Below, one piece after another: positions 11,878-26,114 of a stretch of 64,000 nucleotides of DNA. The notes under the pieces are model-generated. The model searched no databases, was not told where the DNA came from, and saw nothing but the letters and a program-made list of their open reading frames with translations. Source of the DNA: Azolla caroliniana (Eukaryota > Plantae > Polypodiophyta); contig JBHGNT010000009.1 of NCBI GenBank assembly GCA_043228905.1, positions 17,174,001-17,238,000 on the forward strand. The letters run 5' to 3'. The stretch's first letter is position 1. Each line of letters starts with the position of its first letter. The position numbers and the translations under genes are program-made.

Positions 11878-14800
11878 ACATCCAAAACCGGATCGGAGAC
11901 AAGGTGTCACAACATGAGCTATATTTCGGGCGGAAGCCGAATTTGATGCACCTTCGGATATTCGATAGCATAGCATATGTGCATGTACCGGATGAGAAGC
12001 GGAAGAAGCTAGATTTGAAGTCAGAGAAATGCGTCCTAGTCGGTTACTCGCATGAGTAGAAGGGGTATAAGTCTTAAAACCCCCAGACTAAACATGTACG
12101 AATAAGTCGAGATGTCGAGTTTGATGAGTCGGCATCATGGTACTCCCTACCGACTCTAACACCCAACGAATGAGGCTAGTGAGCCCGAGGAGGTCTAGGA
12201 AGAAGATGAAGACTTTGGCACTCTAGAAGAGAGTCCGATCTCATTACGGCTAAGTGGGCCGAATGAGCGGTTGAGTCGGGATGACCAGTCGGATGAAGAA
12301 CCGACGAGTAATGGAGACTCTACCGTGCTCTCCCGTGCAAGGAACCGAGGAGACAGTTCACGCGCAAAGAGAAGGGGAAGAAGAAGATGTTGGAATATGA
12401 TACCGGTAGTGAAGGGTCAAATCAGAGTGAATCTGACCCCGGAAAGGGAGAAGGTAGGTCTTTAGAAAGGAAGTTTGAACTGGCCAAGAAGGGCCTCAAA
12501 CCGGGTAACAAAAAGTTACCCCAGTGAACCCTTCATGAGGTACGGGTACAATGAGTACAAGGTGCATCACTATGCGTACATGACTAAGGTGGTGGAAGAG
12601 AGTGAGCCGGAGAGCTACGCAGAAGCAGCGAAAGACGCAAATTGGCGTGCTGCTATGGAGGAAGAAATGTGGGCACTAGATGCCAACGACACATGGGACC
12701 TCGTTGACCCACCCCGACAGTGCAATCCGATCGGTTGCAAGTGGGTGTACAAGGTAAAGTACAACGTTGACAATTCGGTCAACCAGTACAAAGCCCGGTT
12801 AGTGGCGAAGGCATACGCACAAACCCACGAAATCGACTACGACGAGAGCTTCGCTCTAGTAGCGAAGATGACGGCAGTTCGTGTGGTACTAGTTGTTGTT
12901 GCGGCAAGGGGAGGGCATCTTCACCAAATGGATGTGAAGAATGCATTTCTTCACGATGATCTTGATGAACAGGTCTATATGATCCAACCCCCCGGTTTCC
13001 AATCGGAGATGAACAAGTCGACAGTGTGCCGACTCAAAAAGTCGCTTTACGGTCTGAAACAAGCCCCCCGAGCTTGGAATGCGAAGATCACGCACCAGTT
13101 GCGTAAGATGGGGTTTGTGGCCTCTAAGTCTAACTCTTCATTGTTCATCCGGAACGGTCCGGACGGTCCGGTTTGCATTTTGCTTTATGTAGATGATTTA
13201 GTCATCACCGGACCCGAACTCGATGAAACCTGCAAAGTGAAGTCCCAACTGTCGAACGCATTTGAAATGAAGGACCTAGGGGACCTTCATTATTTTCTTG
13301 GGATCGAGGTGATCCGAACCCCTGACATCATATTGCTCTCACAACGCCATTATGTGTTGAATATGTTTCACAAGTTCGGCATGACGGAATGCCAACCGAT
13401 CTCTACACCCCTGGACCAAAACCTAAAGCACACGTCCCCACTCCGGTCCGGCCTGCGATGAGAAACGGTTCCAACAAATTGTCAAAAGCCTTATATACTT
13501 GAAGATCACCCGACCCGACATCAATTATCCGGTCGGAGTGATCAACTAGTTCATGCAAAAGTCATCCGTCCAGCATCTTCAATGCGCACACCGGATACTC
13601 CGGTATGTTAGCGGCACGAAGGACCGAGGACTGTTATACTGACACGGTATAGCTAAAGAGCTTGGCGGATATACCGATGCCGACTGGGCTGGTGATGCAT
13701 CGGATCGTTGATCCACCTCCGATTACATGTTTTCTCTTGGTAGTGCGGTTGTTGCATGGAGCAGCAAAAAGCAGCCAACATTGGCTCCGTCGAGCACTGA
13801 GGCTAAATACCGGGGTGCTACCATTTCCACCTGTGAAGCCATCTGGCTTCGGCGACTTTTGCGTGACCTCCCGATCGAGGTGCCGACCCCGATCCCGATC
13901 CACTATGACAACATGAGCAGCATACAGCTCGCCAAGAACCCAGTGTTCCATACTCAAACAAAGCACATAGAAGTGCATTATCACTTTGTTCATGAGCGGG
14001 TACTGAGCGGTGAGGTTGAACTTCGGTATGTTCACACGGATCGGTAGTTGCCGACATCTTCACCAAGCCGCTCGGATCGGACAAGTTGCAACATTTTTTG
14101 GAGATGCTCGGCATTCAGCATCTCGATGTGCTGCACTTGAGGGGGAGAACAAGAACGGGAACGAATGGCACCGGACAAGGAGCCGGAGAGGAAGAAAGAA
14201 CCAAGGAGGGAGATAAGCAGAAAAAGGAAGCCGAGCCGACCACAGGAGTCGGCACATCCGAACAAGTCGGAGCAAGCGGCAGCGGCGGTAGAGTCAAGAA
14301 GGACAGAGCCGACCAGAAGAAGAAGGCCAAGACCAGGTCGTGGTCTGATGTGGTGAAGGGTCTGAAAACCGGAGACGAGTTGGAGAACACCAACTCAGAC
14401 AAGAGCCGGAACGAATCGGAAGCGACCGATTTGGACAAGAGCTAGAACGAATCGGAGACAGTTGATTCGGTTCAACAGATGGATTCGGAAGAGCCAGATC
14501 TTCTTAAGGCCAAGTGGACACGGACGCAACAGAAGTCGACGCCAACACGGAGGAGCTAACGGGTCGAGAAGCGCTAGAGTCGTAGCAGCGAGGGAGCTAA
14601 AATGGGCCTGTTGAGCAGACAAGTCGACCGAGGAGATGGAGGTACGCTGAACCGGAAGGGCCGCGGCAAACGAGACCGGACCGGATGAGGAGCGCGAGCA
14701 AGGTAGAATGACACCAAAAGGAGCCGGATGGAAGGACCGGCTACTGCAGACACTGACACCACGATCCGACCTCAAGTTGAGCTTGAGGGGGAGTGTTGAG

Positions 14801-15739
14801 CGAGCAAGCTCAACCGGATCCGGATCGGCTGAATAAGCCAGAGCCGGATCGGTATGCGGAACGGAGAACCAAATCGGTGTCCGGATGATATTCGGAACCA
14901 AGAGCCGGATCAAAGAGCCGGATCGGAATGAAACCGGCAAGCTGTTAGAGGCCTATGGATCCAGCCTAGTACGTATGCATATTTTTGGGAGTCAGTGACA
15001 ATTAGTACAACAATATTACATTTCACATTATACATGTGAAAGTGAGTAGTGACTCTCGATGTTCAAGAACTTTACCAATGAACGTTGCAATCAAGAGTGC
15101 ACATTCTGGTTGTGAGAGAAATTCGTGCAAGGATTGGGCTTGGTTGAAAATGTGCGCAATGAGAACCTAGTGGAGAGTAAATGTCACTTCCCACATACTC
15201 AACACATAAGGTAATTCTTGAGATGACTTATTGGACAGTCATGATAATTCAAGCATCATACTCAAATACCCACCAAGAAGGGTAAGCACATACATGTGTG
15301 CATTATTTTCACATAGAGAGTTTTTATTACAAAAAGTTGTCGTGTCTTTAGTCAATTCAATTGCCCCAAACTTTAGTAGATATTGAGTGGAGACCTTATA
15401 TACCCTCTCTTAGTAATATGAACGATTGTACTGAGTTTGCATAGATAAGCCAGTTTGTACCTCGTTTTATGTGTGTAGGAAAATCACATAGAGAGGTTCA
15501 ACCAAATCACACGACATTACAAACCAGGCATGATTGAGACAAGCGTGATTGCTTTGAGTCTCTCATGTTAGAATATCAAGTTGGGGTCTAGTTCATAACA
15601 CTCCATACAAAATCTGGGATAAACTTCCTTTACATAAAGGAAGGATTTCTTACCAACTTGAGAGGAGAGGAGTGAAGTGGAACCCATTGGCCAACTCTTC
15701 TCTTTGAACCAAGCCAAGAGTTTCCATAATGGGTTTGAA

Positions 15740-16007
15740 TCATAGTATGAACCATATGTGCATTCGCATTCACAAATTTTTCAATCATTCGCGTAAGAAA
15801 AACACCCTCAAAGAATGATAAATACCATATTTTGGATTAACTATTTATTATGAGGTAAATAAGCCTAAAAAATGGAAAAAAAACATTAAATAAATGGGAA
15901 AAAAACAAAAAAAAAAAACACAAGAATGTTTGAATAACATTCGCATTCGTTTTCCAACGTAGGAAAACGAATGTTATGCTAGATGAACATGAATTTTACG
16001 TACTATG
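15740..16007. mobile_element. Possible non-autonomous hAT-like MITE
   Basis: CATAGTA...TACTATG inverted ends; 12-bp subterminal hairpin CATTCGTTTTCC/GGAAAACGAATG (15944-15973); no clean 8-bp TSD. Confidence 0.35.
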
Positions 16008-19000
16008 GAGCTTTGAATAGAGTGATAAGATGACCGATGAAAAACTTATGAATTGGTTCGTTCATGGGTTATACCCATCTTATCAACATGTTTTTGTCAA
16101 AAAATTCAAGGTGGCCTTCATTTAACCCATTCAATCAAGGACACAATTTTAATTTTACAATTTATCATCTAACAATGCGAGAGCACTTTTAAAGTTTTTG
16201 CAAACCCCACATGCAACTTCTTCATTGTATGTATTCATTTTCCAACACTATCAAGCTAGCAGAAATACTTCCAAGAAACCATGACTAACATTATAGAGAA
16301 TCAAATGGGGCCACTCTATTAGACTTGGGTCATTACATGGTCACTAATCTCTTACAATAAAGATCCCTTTATTCAAATTTGGAGGAAATTGCTTTGCCAC
16401 ATAAATAGGGTTTCCCACTAGACACAAGTATTCAAACGTAATAAAGATATTGTAGTGTGTATGTATGTATGTACTAAAATACCTGCATAATGTTGCAATT
16501 TGCATGATATTCAATTATGTTGGTGTATAGACAGAGTCATCAATATTTGGGGTCTATCATGATGAATTGATCAGATAGACTTTTTGTAATTTGACAAAAA
16601 CCTTTAATAACCACCAATAAATAAAATATAAAGAATCCATTATTACTATTCTATGAAGCATTGAAATGCATGTAGTGTACACAAGTCTAGACTCTATCTA
16701 CTCTATAATAATTATGTCTACCTCAAATAGACAATCATAGACTAGCCCACAAAACCTTAGTTTAATAATTTCATACTCAAAAACTCTTTTTCAAAGCATT
16801 GAAACACGTGTATGGAGGAAGGATTCATTTCATTGTTCATTCTTTCCTAGACAACTATCATGCAATCACTATTATAAGTACCATTGTTGGTTTCTTTCCC
16901 TCACATACACTGTACACATCTACATTAGTTAAGATTTCATAAACTCATTAAAACCTTACCCACCCCCCAAGAATAATAATAATAGTAATAATTGTTTGGA
17001 GTGTAAAGACATTTGGCAAGCCCATGGATGTTTATAAAAGGAAGAATAACAAGCTATCACATAATGTATAAACATTGTCTTTATAGAAGTACTAGAAGAG
17101 AATTTAGGCATCACAAGTTAGTTAATTAAAATTCTTAAGTTAATTTTGCTTGTAATTTGTAAATGAAATCCAAAGTAGATTATTGTTATTGTATCAAATC
17201 CTCATGGTTTAGTATATGAGATCATGTAACATGTTCATTATATAAAACTTCAAAATCTTAGCATGAGAAAACATTCACATTCCCAACTCTCTTCTAAAAT
17301 TTAGCAATTACAAACTACTTTGTATAAGCCTTGAATTATTCTTTTTATTGATAATAATGAATGAGTGCACGGTTCATTATCACCTTGAATCTTTTTCATC
17401 ATGCACCATCATTATACATATGACGTATCATCTTTGCTTCACTCATACGTACATATGAGTAAAAACATTTCAAATCATTAAAGCTTAGTTTTACGTCATC
17501 TTGTTTTGGGGAATAGGTTGACATGCATAAAAAAACGAAGGTGTGCTCGGTCAAAATCTCTCAATAATCCAAACATAAACCTTTCATTTTATATGCTTGA
17601 ATGTTTGTTATTGCTTCAATGTAAAACACTTTGTATGTTTCTAGCTAACATAGTTATTTTATCTTTGTGTAGATTCAAGAAATGCACATCTAACATTTTT
17701 AATTTAGCATGACTTGTATTTGAAGTTTGTAACAATTCAAGGTTACTACAGAAACAATGCTAATGGAGATATAGTTTATTACACATAAGAGAGAACAAAG
17801 AACTTACCTTCTATAATGAGAACCTCAAAACATTTGCTTTGATGTGTCGATTGACCATAAGAACAAAACTTCAATGCCAAGTCAAAAGCCCAATATCATT
17901 TGTTGCCTTTTTATTGAGTGAATAGTGGTTTTCATCCAATGCATTCGAATGAGGAATGAATGGTAAACAATTTGAGATTGATGTCCTTGTGTGGTGCATC
18001 AACAAAGCAATTCAAGTATGGAAGCCAAAACCATGACACATGCATTAGTGATCTAGTTATTGTAATATATTTTAGCCTTTGCAAAATTAAGTTTTTCGTT
18101 TTGGATTAATCAGGAGGCACTTTGGGAATCTCTTTTTACATCATTAGTGTTTGAGTGATTAGCGTGCTAGGCCCAATGACTTGGTTTTCAAATCTTCACA
18201 CTATCCATGCTTATGTCCAACACAAATCATGCACTTTACGAGAACTACTTTGTGTCATTTTCGTACACTCAACCAATACGTAGTCTTCATGAAAACCTAA
18301 ATTATAGCCTCTAGTAAACCTCTACCTTGTCTCTCTTTCACTATTCACCCCTTTGAAAGTCAAGGTAAATTTTCAAATGTTGTCACTTGTATTTTTTTGA
18401 TAATCCAATCATGCACTCATATAAATATGAAGCGGAATGTGTAACTCCCTTTTTTCTTACTGGTATAGTGAAGGATGCAATGAGTGGTACGTTTTTTGTT
18501 TACGTTGAAAGGGAATACAAAGGTGGTGTGTGTAGGTAATGTGTGTATCTCTATGGAAACTTGTGCTTAAAGAAATAGTAATCATTAGAATGAGAGAATA
18601 CATCCATTTCTGACACCTAAAACAATTTCTAGGTGAAGGTTAAGAGAATGAATTTGTTATGATGAAATAGCGATAGATTGGAAAAGAAATTTGAATGTGT
18701 ATCCAGTTATTATATGTAGGTAAATCCAAAGACTCGTGTCCAAATCCTATGAGGCCAGATTGGTACGCATTTCCAAAGCTCGAGGCTTCAACCCACACCA
18801 TCTCCCATCATGTTGTTTCCATCTTAATCAAAAAATAGTAAATATTTACTAGAGTAAGAATATCAACATGAGATATTTCTTAAGTTTGGATAGACTTAAC
18901 AATTTGAGGGTTTGGGAGTAACCATAGGTTTAAGGCTCTTATCATTACAATGGTTACCTTATGAATGCACGCAAAGGCTATTCACACATACATAGCAATA

Positions 19001-19670
19001 CCTTTCTTTGTGTACTTTGTGTCTAACATCGTGACTTACAGGCTAGTCATGATCAAGTTTGACTCTAAATCACATTTTTGCACATTGATATAATTTGTGT
19101 ATATTCTTAGCTTCGACACATGCTACCATGGGACAAGTCACTACTAAAACTCAATAATTATCAAGTCCAATCCTCACTCAATCATAAGATTTTTATATAC
19201 ATAAACATAACTTAGAACCTCGCGCACCAGAGACGGGGACTGCGTGTACACGTTCATGATATAAAAAAAAAAGGGGCAACCATTGTAGATTTGCTCTATA
19301 TATCGAGAGTGTTATGTTGATTTCCATCCACACTCCATGGCAATCTATGTATACTCTAAGCTCCTAGTACAATATAATACACATATACACATGATTGTAG
19401 ATGGCAATGCACATGAAGGTGACCCCACTCCAATGGGATGGGATAGGATGGGTTGTGTGTATATGTGTGTATGTAGTGCATATATATACATATATGCAAG
19501 CAATGCCCCCATCACCTCTTCTCCCTCTTCCATGCAACACAATCAACAAAAAGTCTTTGTTATTTTATATTCAAATCATGGACTTGGGACCCTCTCTCTC
19601 TCTCCCTCTCTCTCTCAGATTAGATCAGATCAGATCAGATCAGATCCCTGCATTCTCCATTCTCTGCTTT

Positions 19671-19710
<40 letters not shown>

Positions 19711-20226
19711 CCACACGCATAACTATGAGAGAATTGGCACATTTCTTGTCCTCATATTAACACGATATTGGTGCAACCACGAGTGAGGATGATGGTGATG
19801 GTGGTGATGGCATTTTGGCCTCACTCATGACTTAACTCTAACGAGAGAGAGAGACAGTGAGACAGAGAGAATGTGTGTGTTTGTTTGTAACTCACTACAT
19901 GGTGTCTAGTTTATACATATAGTTGAGAGACCACAAAGGAAGACCAAGAGAGGGTAGTTATCTAATAATGTGTGAGTGTGTGTGTTAAATGGAGAGATTG
20001 TCCAATTCAATGGCATCGTCATTATCATAAACTAATCGTGTTTGTAACTAATCGTGTTGTTTGTATGGGCTCACACTTCACCAAGAGACAAATCAAAACA
20101 ACATGCTCCGACTAGAATCGAGAGTGTGGTAAAGCTCTAGTAGAAGACGAAGCGGCATTGCCCCCTTCATCTACATCAACTTGAGAGAGAGAGAGAGAGA
20201 GAGAGCAAAGGAGAGTGACATAGAGA

Positions 20227-21103
20227 ATGGGCAATTGTCAAGCCACTAACTTGGATGTGGCCATTGTGGAGTGCCCAACTGGAAGAGTAGCGAGATTGTC
20301 CAATGTCCACGACATCTCGACTGCTCAGCACCTCATGTCTGATTATCCCAACCATTTCGTCACCCTAGTCGACATTAGTGCACCCTCTTTCATGAACACC
20401 TCCCCTTACATTACCAATCACCAATGGCATGGTTTCCCCAAACCTCATGTCGTGCCACCTCCCATTCAACTACTTCCACCGGATGCGCCCCTTCGCATTG
20501 GTCATCGATATCGTCTCGTCAGCTTTGAAGGTACAATCTCTTCAAGCATCAAGTCAACTTAAATTCTCTAAGAATTTCGCATAGTTAGTTGTAGGATCTT
20601 AAATCATAACCTTCAAGTCAACCATGATAATGTTCAATTAGTCACCAAAGAATCTATCAACCATTGTAATGTTAAATTAAGTTTTTGGCATCAATTTTAC
20701 GTAGTCTTGTTTAAATGTGGACGAGAATGGATCATACTCTAGAGGTTAGGTGCTTTATAATGTATATTTTCATAGTTTCATGGTATGCAAGATCAAGAAT
20801 CATAGCAATACTCATTTCTTTTCATTTATTGGATTGCCATATAGAACAAGATGTGTTTATAAGCACGCTCGTGAAATTAATTTGTTAGAAAAACTTGCAA
20901 AATGAACTTCATATGATCCTACTCCACTCACACTACATTGTTTATCCTTTTTGCCTACAGAAGTATTCACTCATTTCTCCCGAGGTGGTGCCTCAAGCAA
21001 TATAGTAAATGTAAGTGCAACACGTGTCCCTAACAAGGTTGTGCACCTTCAGTCTAGCAAATTAGCCACAATGACCAATCATGTAGTCAAAATAGGGTGT
21101 TGA
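20227..21103 (+). CDS. PADRE (DUF4228) family protein, 2 exons (20227-20530, 20961-21103)
   Basis: N-terminal MGNCQA (myristoylation/palmitoylation-type), P.GRV, 'LLPPDAPLRIGHRYRLVSFE|EVF' typical of DUF4228; GT donor 20531, AG acceptor 20959-60, in-frame TGA 21101-21103. Confidence 0.8.
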
Positions 21104-24100
21104 AACCTTGGTCCAGTTTATTATACTTCAATTTCAAATCTTACATAGTTATGGACCTTCAAGTTCATACATTTCCCTCCCATGTTTTATATTGACCATG
21201 TAATGTTGTGTATAAAATAATACATTCTTTGTGGCTCACACAATCTTATGACAATGATGATCATTATAAACCTAAAGTTTTAGTATTTGGTTAACTATTA
21301 TCATTTGATTGAAAATGAGAACTTGAATACAACAAATAAGTGTGTTCAATTTCTGCAACGTCTCGCATAACTTATCACTACTGTAATTTCTGAAGCATGT
21401 TGAACTACAAATAGAGAAGTTCGCAAATAAGAACTGTGCATGGAATGACCTGAAAATATTATGAAGGTACAAATAGATGAAAACAAATCTGGTTATGTAT
21501 AACTTCTCCTCAAGGCTCTTTCTCATATCCAAAACCATATCATCATGGATTATGATTATTTTAAATTGGAATGGAACTGCCGTGATAAAAGTATCAGAGA
21601 ATGCTAAAATGATATCTTATTAGACTACCATCTGTTTTGTGAAACCCAAGTTTGGATGATTGTTTTGTAAAGAATATCCCCGAAAATAAAAAGTAGATCC
21701 CTAGGAAATGTGTTCTAAGATGATCATAGAAAAAGCAAACAAATGAGAAGTGATTGTGAAATATTCTGTCAATATTTCGAGAGGGAGATTCTGCGAGCAA
21801 GGGAGAGTGCTAGGATGTCTCACATCCTATTAGACCCCCCAACAAACAAATACTAAAAAGTTTGAATAATTAAATTAAGAGATGGTTGAATTGGAAGGGA
21901 AATCTCTATTTTTGAAGGAGATTTTTCCACAGCTTCCAACTTCTAAAGATGGTTACCATACTCGCAAATAATTCCGTGGAATCTAGAGGGAAAACAGACA
22001 TAGTGAAGAAGGGAAAGTTCCGATAACCAAGAATGACAATCGTCAATGCAGATTGCAAGTGTTGAAGGTCTTGAGATACAAGAACTCATTAAAGAGCAAC
22101 AACGTATATACAAAAGATATAACTATCCACTAATAAGTTCTGGCACATCCAGCGAATAATAAGATGTCCTACTGAAACTAGTGCACAGTTTATCCTTTCT
22201 GAATATAGGCTGGCAGAAAATTGCACTGAATAGAGCTCTGACTGGATGGATATACTTTTACAGCTGACAACTCACTAGGCTGATGTAAAGAAGACCTTCC
22301 ATTTTCGTCCACGTAGGTACAATTATTATTTCTCATCTTTACCCTGCCAACAAGGAAGAAAGATCAATTTGAACACAAAAATTTAGATTAGGATTGCTCA
22401 GGCAAAACATATGATGGCATCCTCTTAACTATGTTAGTCCCTACTGCTACATGTCTTCCCTACTAAGATCATTTTCCTTTTGGTATCATAATATATCAAC
22501 GCAGAGTACAACGCACATATGAGGGCTTCTCCAACCTGGATTATGTTAAGGGCCCTCATTGTTACATGTAGATCCTACGTATCTTCACGACTTTCTTTGC
22601 AAGTGATTTTGTGAACTCTTCTACCTCTAGCTCACAAGCATTAGTTCAAATTCAAAACATTTGTACTGTACATGCAAGAACGGCATATGGTACAAAACCA
22701 AGCAATGATATGTCTCAAGATGAGAGAGACGTTTTGCACAGTGGTAAACCAAATCTACCTTGATGTTGCAATGAACAAGTGCAAGGACATGGATTAGCTT
22801 TTGTAGCTCTACTATGGATTATAGATTCACTAGAAATACAATAATATAATTTACCAAGCATGGCCACTGGCCACATGCACATGTAGCTTCTAAAAGGCAA
22901 TATATCACAGCCAAAAACACTGATCACAATTTGCCACAGCACTAGCACCTAAAAACAGACATGCAAGGCAAAATTTCAGTAAACCCTATGTGGTGGCAGT
23001 TCGAGGTTTTTCTTGCTCCAGCCTTCCAGTATATGGTTCATTAACTTTTCGAGTTATGTGGCACAGACCCATAACTACATGAATTGACATATGTCCACAA
23101 ACTGGAATACAATGCTGCCCAAAATTGCCACATACAAAGCTGATCATGTCTAGGGTTTAATGGGCCTCTGTTTCCCTCGGGCCATGTAAGAGTAATAATG
23201 AAGCAAAATAGAAATAAGATCAAAATAAAAATAGAACGAAAATAACACCTACTGGTGACATATCCCCCATTGAAACAATGAATAACCTAGATACGTCACA
23301 CACTATTTTTGACATCCAATCACTAGTTTAGGTCAAACTACATACATGTTTCCAGCAAATAACACTGACAATAAATTAGACAATCCACATATAATTGTGC
23401 TTGAACATTTATTGACTTATATTGAAAACTATGAAGTATTCTAACTTAATCAATAACGACCACTACAGTGGGTTCTAATCAAATGCCTCTAAGCTAAGCT
23501 ATAAAAGCTGAGGTATCAGTCAAACTCTTCCATTCCCATAAGAGAGCATATCTCCCACAAAAGGCCTAAGAAGCCTCAAGTAGAATATGTTATGTATGTA
23601 TCCTTCAACCTTCAAGCATATTTCTGAAATCCTGAAATGTCCATAACAACAGATACTCTGGTTTGTAAGCAAGCATTCCTTGCCTTCCATTTCCCGTAAC
23701 ACTGCTTTTTCAAAGAAAAAGAGTACCCAATCATCACCAAGTGCAAACACGAGTTCACAAACAATGATAGCGTACAAGTATTTATAAGTTTAGTCAACAT
23801 CTTGGTCATTCTTACCTGCCCCAAAAATCTTATTCCACATGTGGAATGGGTGGGATTTATTAATCTATACATGGATAGAACCTGCACAACACAGAAATAC
23901 AAATGGGAGAATGGAAATATAATCTGATGTCTCCTAAGCAAGCAAATATATATACAACAAATGCCTTGAAGTGTGACAAAACCTAAGTAATAAGGTTGTC
24001 TCTGTATAGATGGACTACGTTAAACTAATGCATTAACTCCTTTAACGCCGACTCCATTGACAATTCAAATGTTCACTTGGCACTTGTTAACACGAATAGA

Positions 24101-25515
24101 CCCCTCAAGCATCTATCAAACTGCCCAAGCTCCTCCATTTAGAACATTTCCTCTTAGACACATATAGACTCTGATTAACACTTTTACAAACAAGTTGTAC
24201 TCAAAGAGGAGGTAAGCAACCCCAGATCCAGATACTAAGTTCTGTACAAAGAGTTCCCCCAGATCGAGGACCAGCTTAGAGGAGATAGAACACCATCATA
24301 TCAGACGCCATGACTTGACTGATGAGAGATTACAGTAATCCAGACTCATCCCTCTTAAATCCAGGGTTGAATGGCTTGTGGCCATCAACTTGGAGCCTGA
24401 GGCAATGTTACCAGGGTTTATGCCCCATTCTCACTCACCTAAAACATCATCACATATCTATTTTAGGTCTATATTGATGGTCTATATTATTTATTACTTA
24501 TTTTGGTAAACAGGATTGTCTATAGCTATACCAAAAACCATAACCATCAGATTTGCTGGATGGCCTATTGCTGAAGATTATACAAAAGTAGTACGTTAGT
24601 ACAGCAACAGTATTTCAGTCAAGGATAGGTTAGCTAACGGAAGCATTCCACTAACTCTTGAAGGTATGTATGAGCTCTGCATTCAATATATGCATTTGTT
24701 CCATCTTATCCACTAATTCTAGATTATCTATCCATGATTTTTCCTTTTGCCTATGGTGAGTGTGTGGATATCTTTGCTCCCATGTAAACCTTCAAATGTA
24801 ACATTATATCCTTGAATTATCAATGAGTTTGTCTTTGTTCAATTAGATTTAGGGCCTCCCTCTTTCTTTTTCCCCAAGTTTCTTCAGTTCCTCCTCCTTT
24901 TCTTTGGGTTTCCCATATTTTACCTTCTTTTCCATGGCCGCTTTATGACTTTGGCACAAAGCTTTGGTGATGTTTGTAGGAACATTATCCAGATTGAACA
25001 AGTCAACACATCCCGAATTCATAACTCATTCAGTTCCTCTTTGTGGACATGATTGCCCCTTGTACCCTCCCTTTGGCATTCTTCCCATCGACGAGAAGTA
25101 TGAAGTTTTGACAAATTACTTCTATCCTGTTGGCATTGCGCTCAACTCAGCCATCCCAATTTGTCTTCTTTTCTTCATGGGCCTTCTTGTCCTCAATGTC
25201 GTCCACACTTAAGTTTTTTTTCGATTTTCATCCCATCATCCTCTCTTCTCTAAGTCAAGCACTTTGTGGCTGGGGAACATGGTTCCAGTGATACTCATGA
25301 TGCATCAACTTTGCTCCACTGATACTCATTGACACATCGATCAGACGTCCTAGCTCATCAATATCCAGGTTTTTGACCTTATGGATGACTGATTCTTCCT
25401 TGTGTTGAATCTCTCTTGTCCCCTCTTTTTTCTTTTCCCCGTTTTCTATATTTGCCCCACAGCCTTCCTGTTATCCTCATCCTCTTTCTTATTTAGTTCC
25501 ATTCTTGTCCCATAG

Positions 25516-26114
25516 TGTCATGATGTGGCATGTGCGAATGGAATAAAACAAAAAAAAGGCCTGTTGCAGAAAGGCTTGGAATTTGATCGAACAAGTAAGA
25601 GAAAATATGACAACAAAGCATAGCTTAATAGTCATTCTTAACAAAAGGGCCAAGGGTTCAAAACCTGCTCAAGGTGACCAAAGGAAAACTGAGCTACAAT
25701 GCATAAGTGACAATAAGGAAGCATGCAATAAATGTGAATAAGTTGACATACATTTTGTTGAAGCAAAAGGATAACGATAAGTGCATGCTCAAAAAGAAAA
25801 GGCATTGGTGCATTCTAAGAAGAAGATGCTATTTTTATCTGATAACAGAGTTCGTGGAAGTTATTAAATGAGCAACTTATAATCCACACACTTATTTTGT
25901 GATTGTTTTAAGATTTCTTTACGATTGAAAAATATATGTTCCAATTGTTTACTCATGGCTTAAAATTTAGATAAAATGTGGAACCTTCACAAAAGGAATT
26001 GACCCAACACCCTACGTTATTCAGCACCTTACTTGAAAATTAATTCTATCAAATTACAAGACCCAATGAATATGACATTACATGAGCTTTTGGAACTCCA
26101 ACAATATCATGACA
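25516..26114 (+). mobile_element. LTR-like element with tRNA-like segment (family X)
   Basis: TGTCATGAT...ATCATGACA perfect 9-bp inverted ends; A-box TAGCTTAATAG 25621-31, B-box GGTTCAAAACC 25655-65; flanks CATAG/TTCTT (no TSD). Confidence 0.55.

Larger units (their letters stand above)
8522..15000 (+). mobile_element. Ty1/copia element C, near full length, pseudogenised; 3' LTR truncated
   Basis: 5' LTR 8522-8991 (TG..CA), PBS TGGTATCAGAGC 8992-9003, gag, PR (WYVDSRASNH), integrase, RT (CKWVYK, QMDVKNAF, LYVDD; ORF 12475-13461), RNase H (SSKKQ..SSTEAKY, DNMSSI, KHIEVHYHF), PPT 14783-14793, 3' LTR 14794-15000 breaks off. Confidence 0.95.

Noticed and set aside
19337-19786. 149-aa ORF upstream of the PADRE gene
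   Set aside because: Runs through (CT)n and (AGATC)n simple repeats; spurious.
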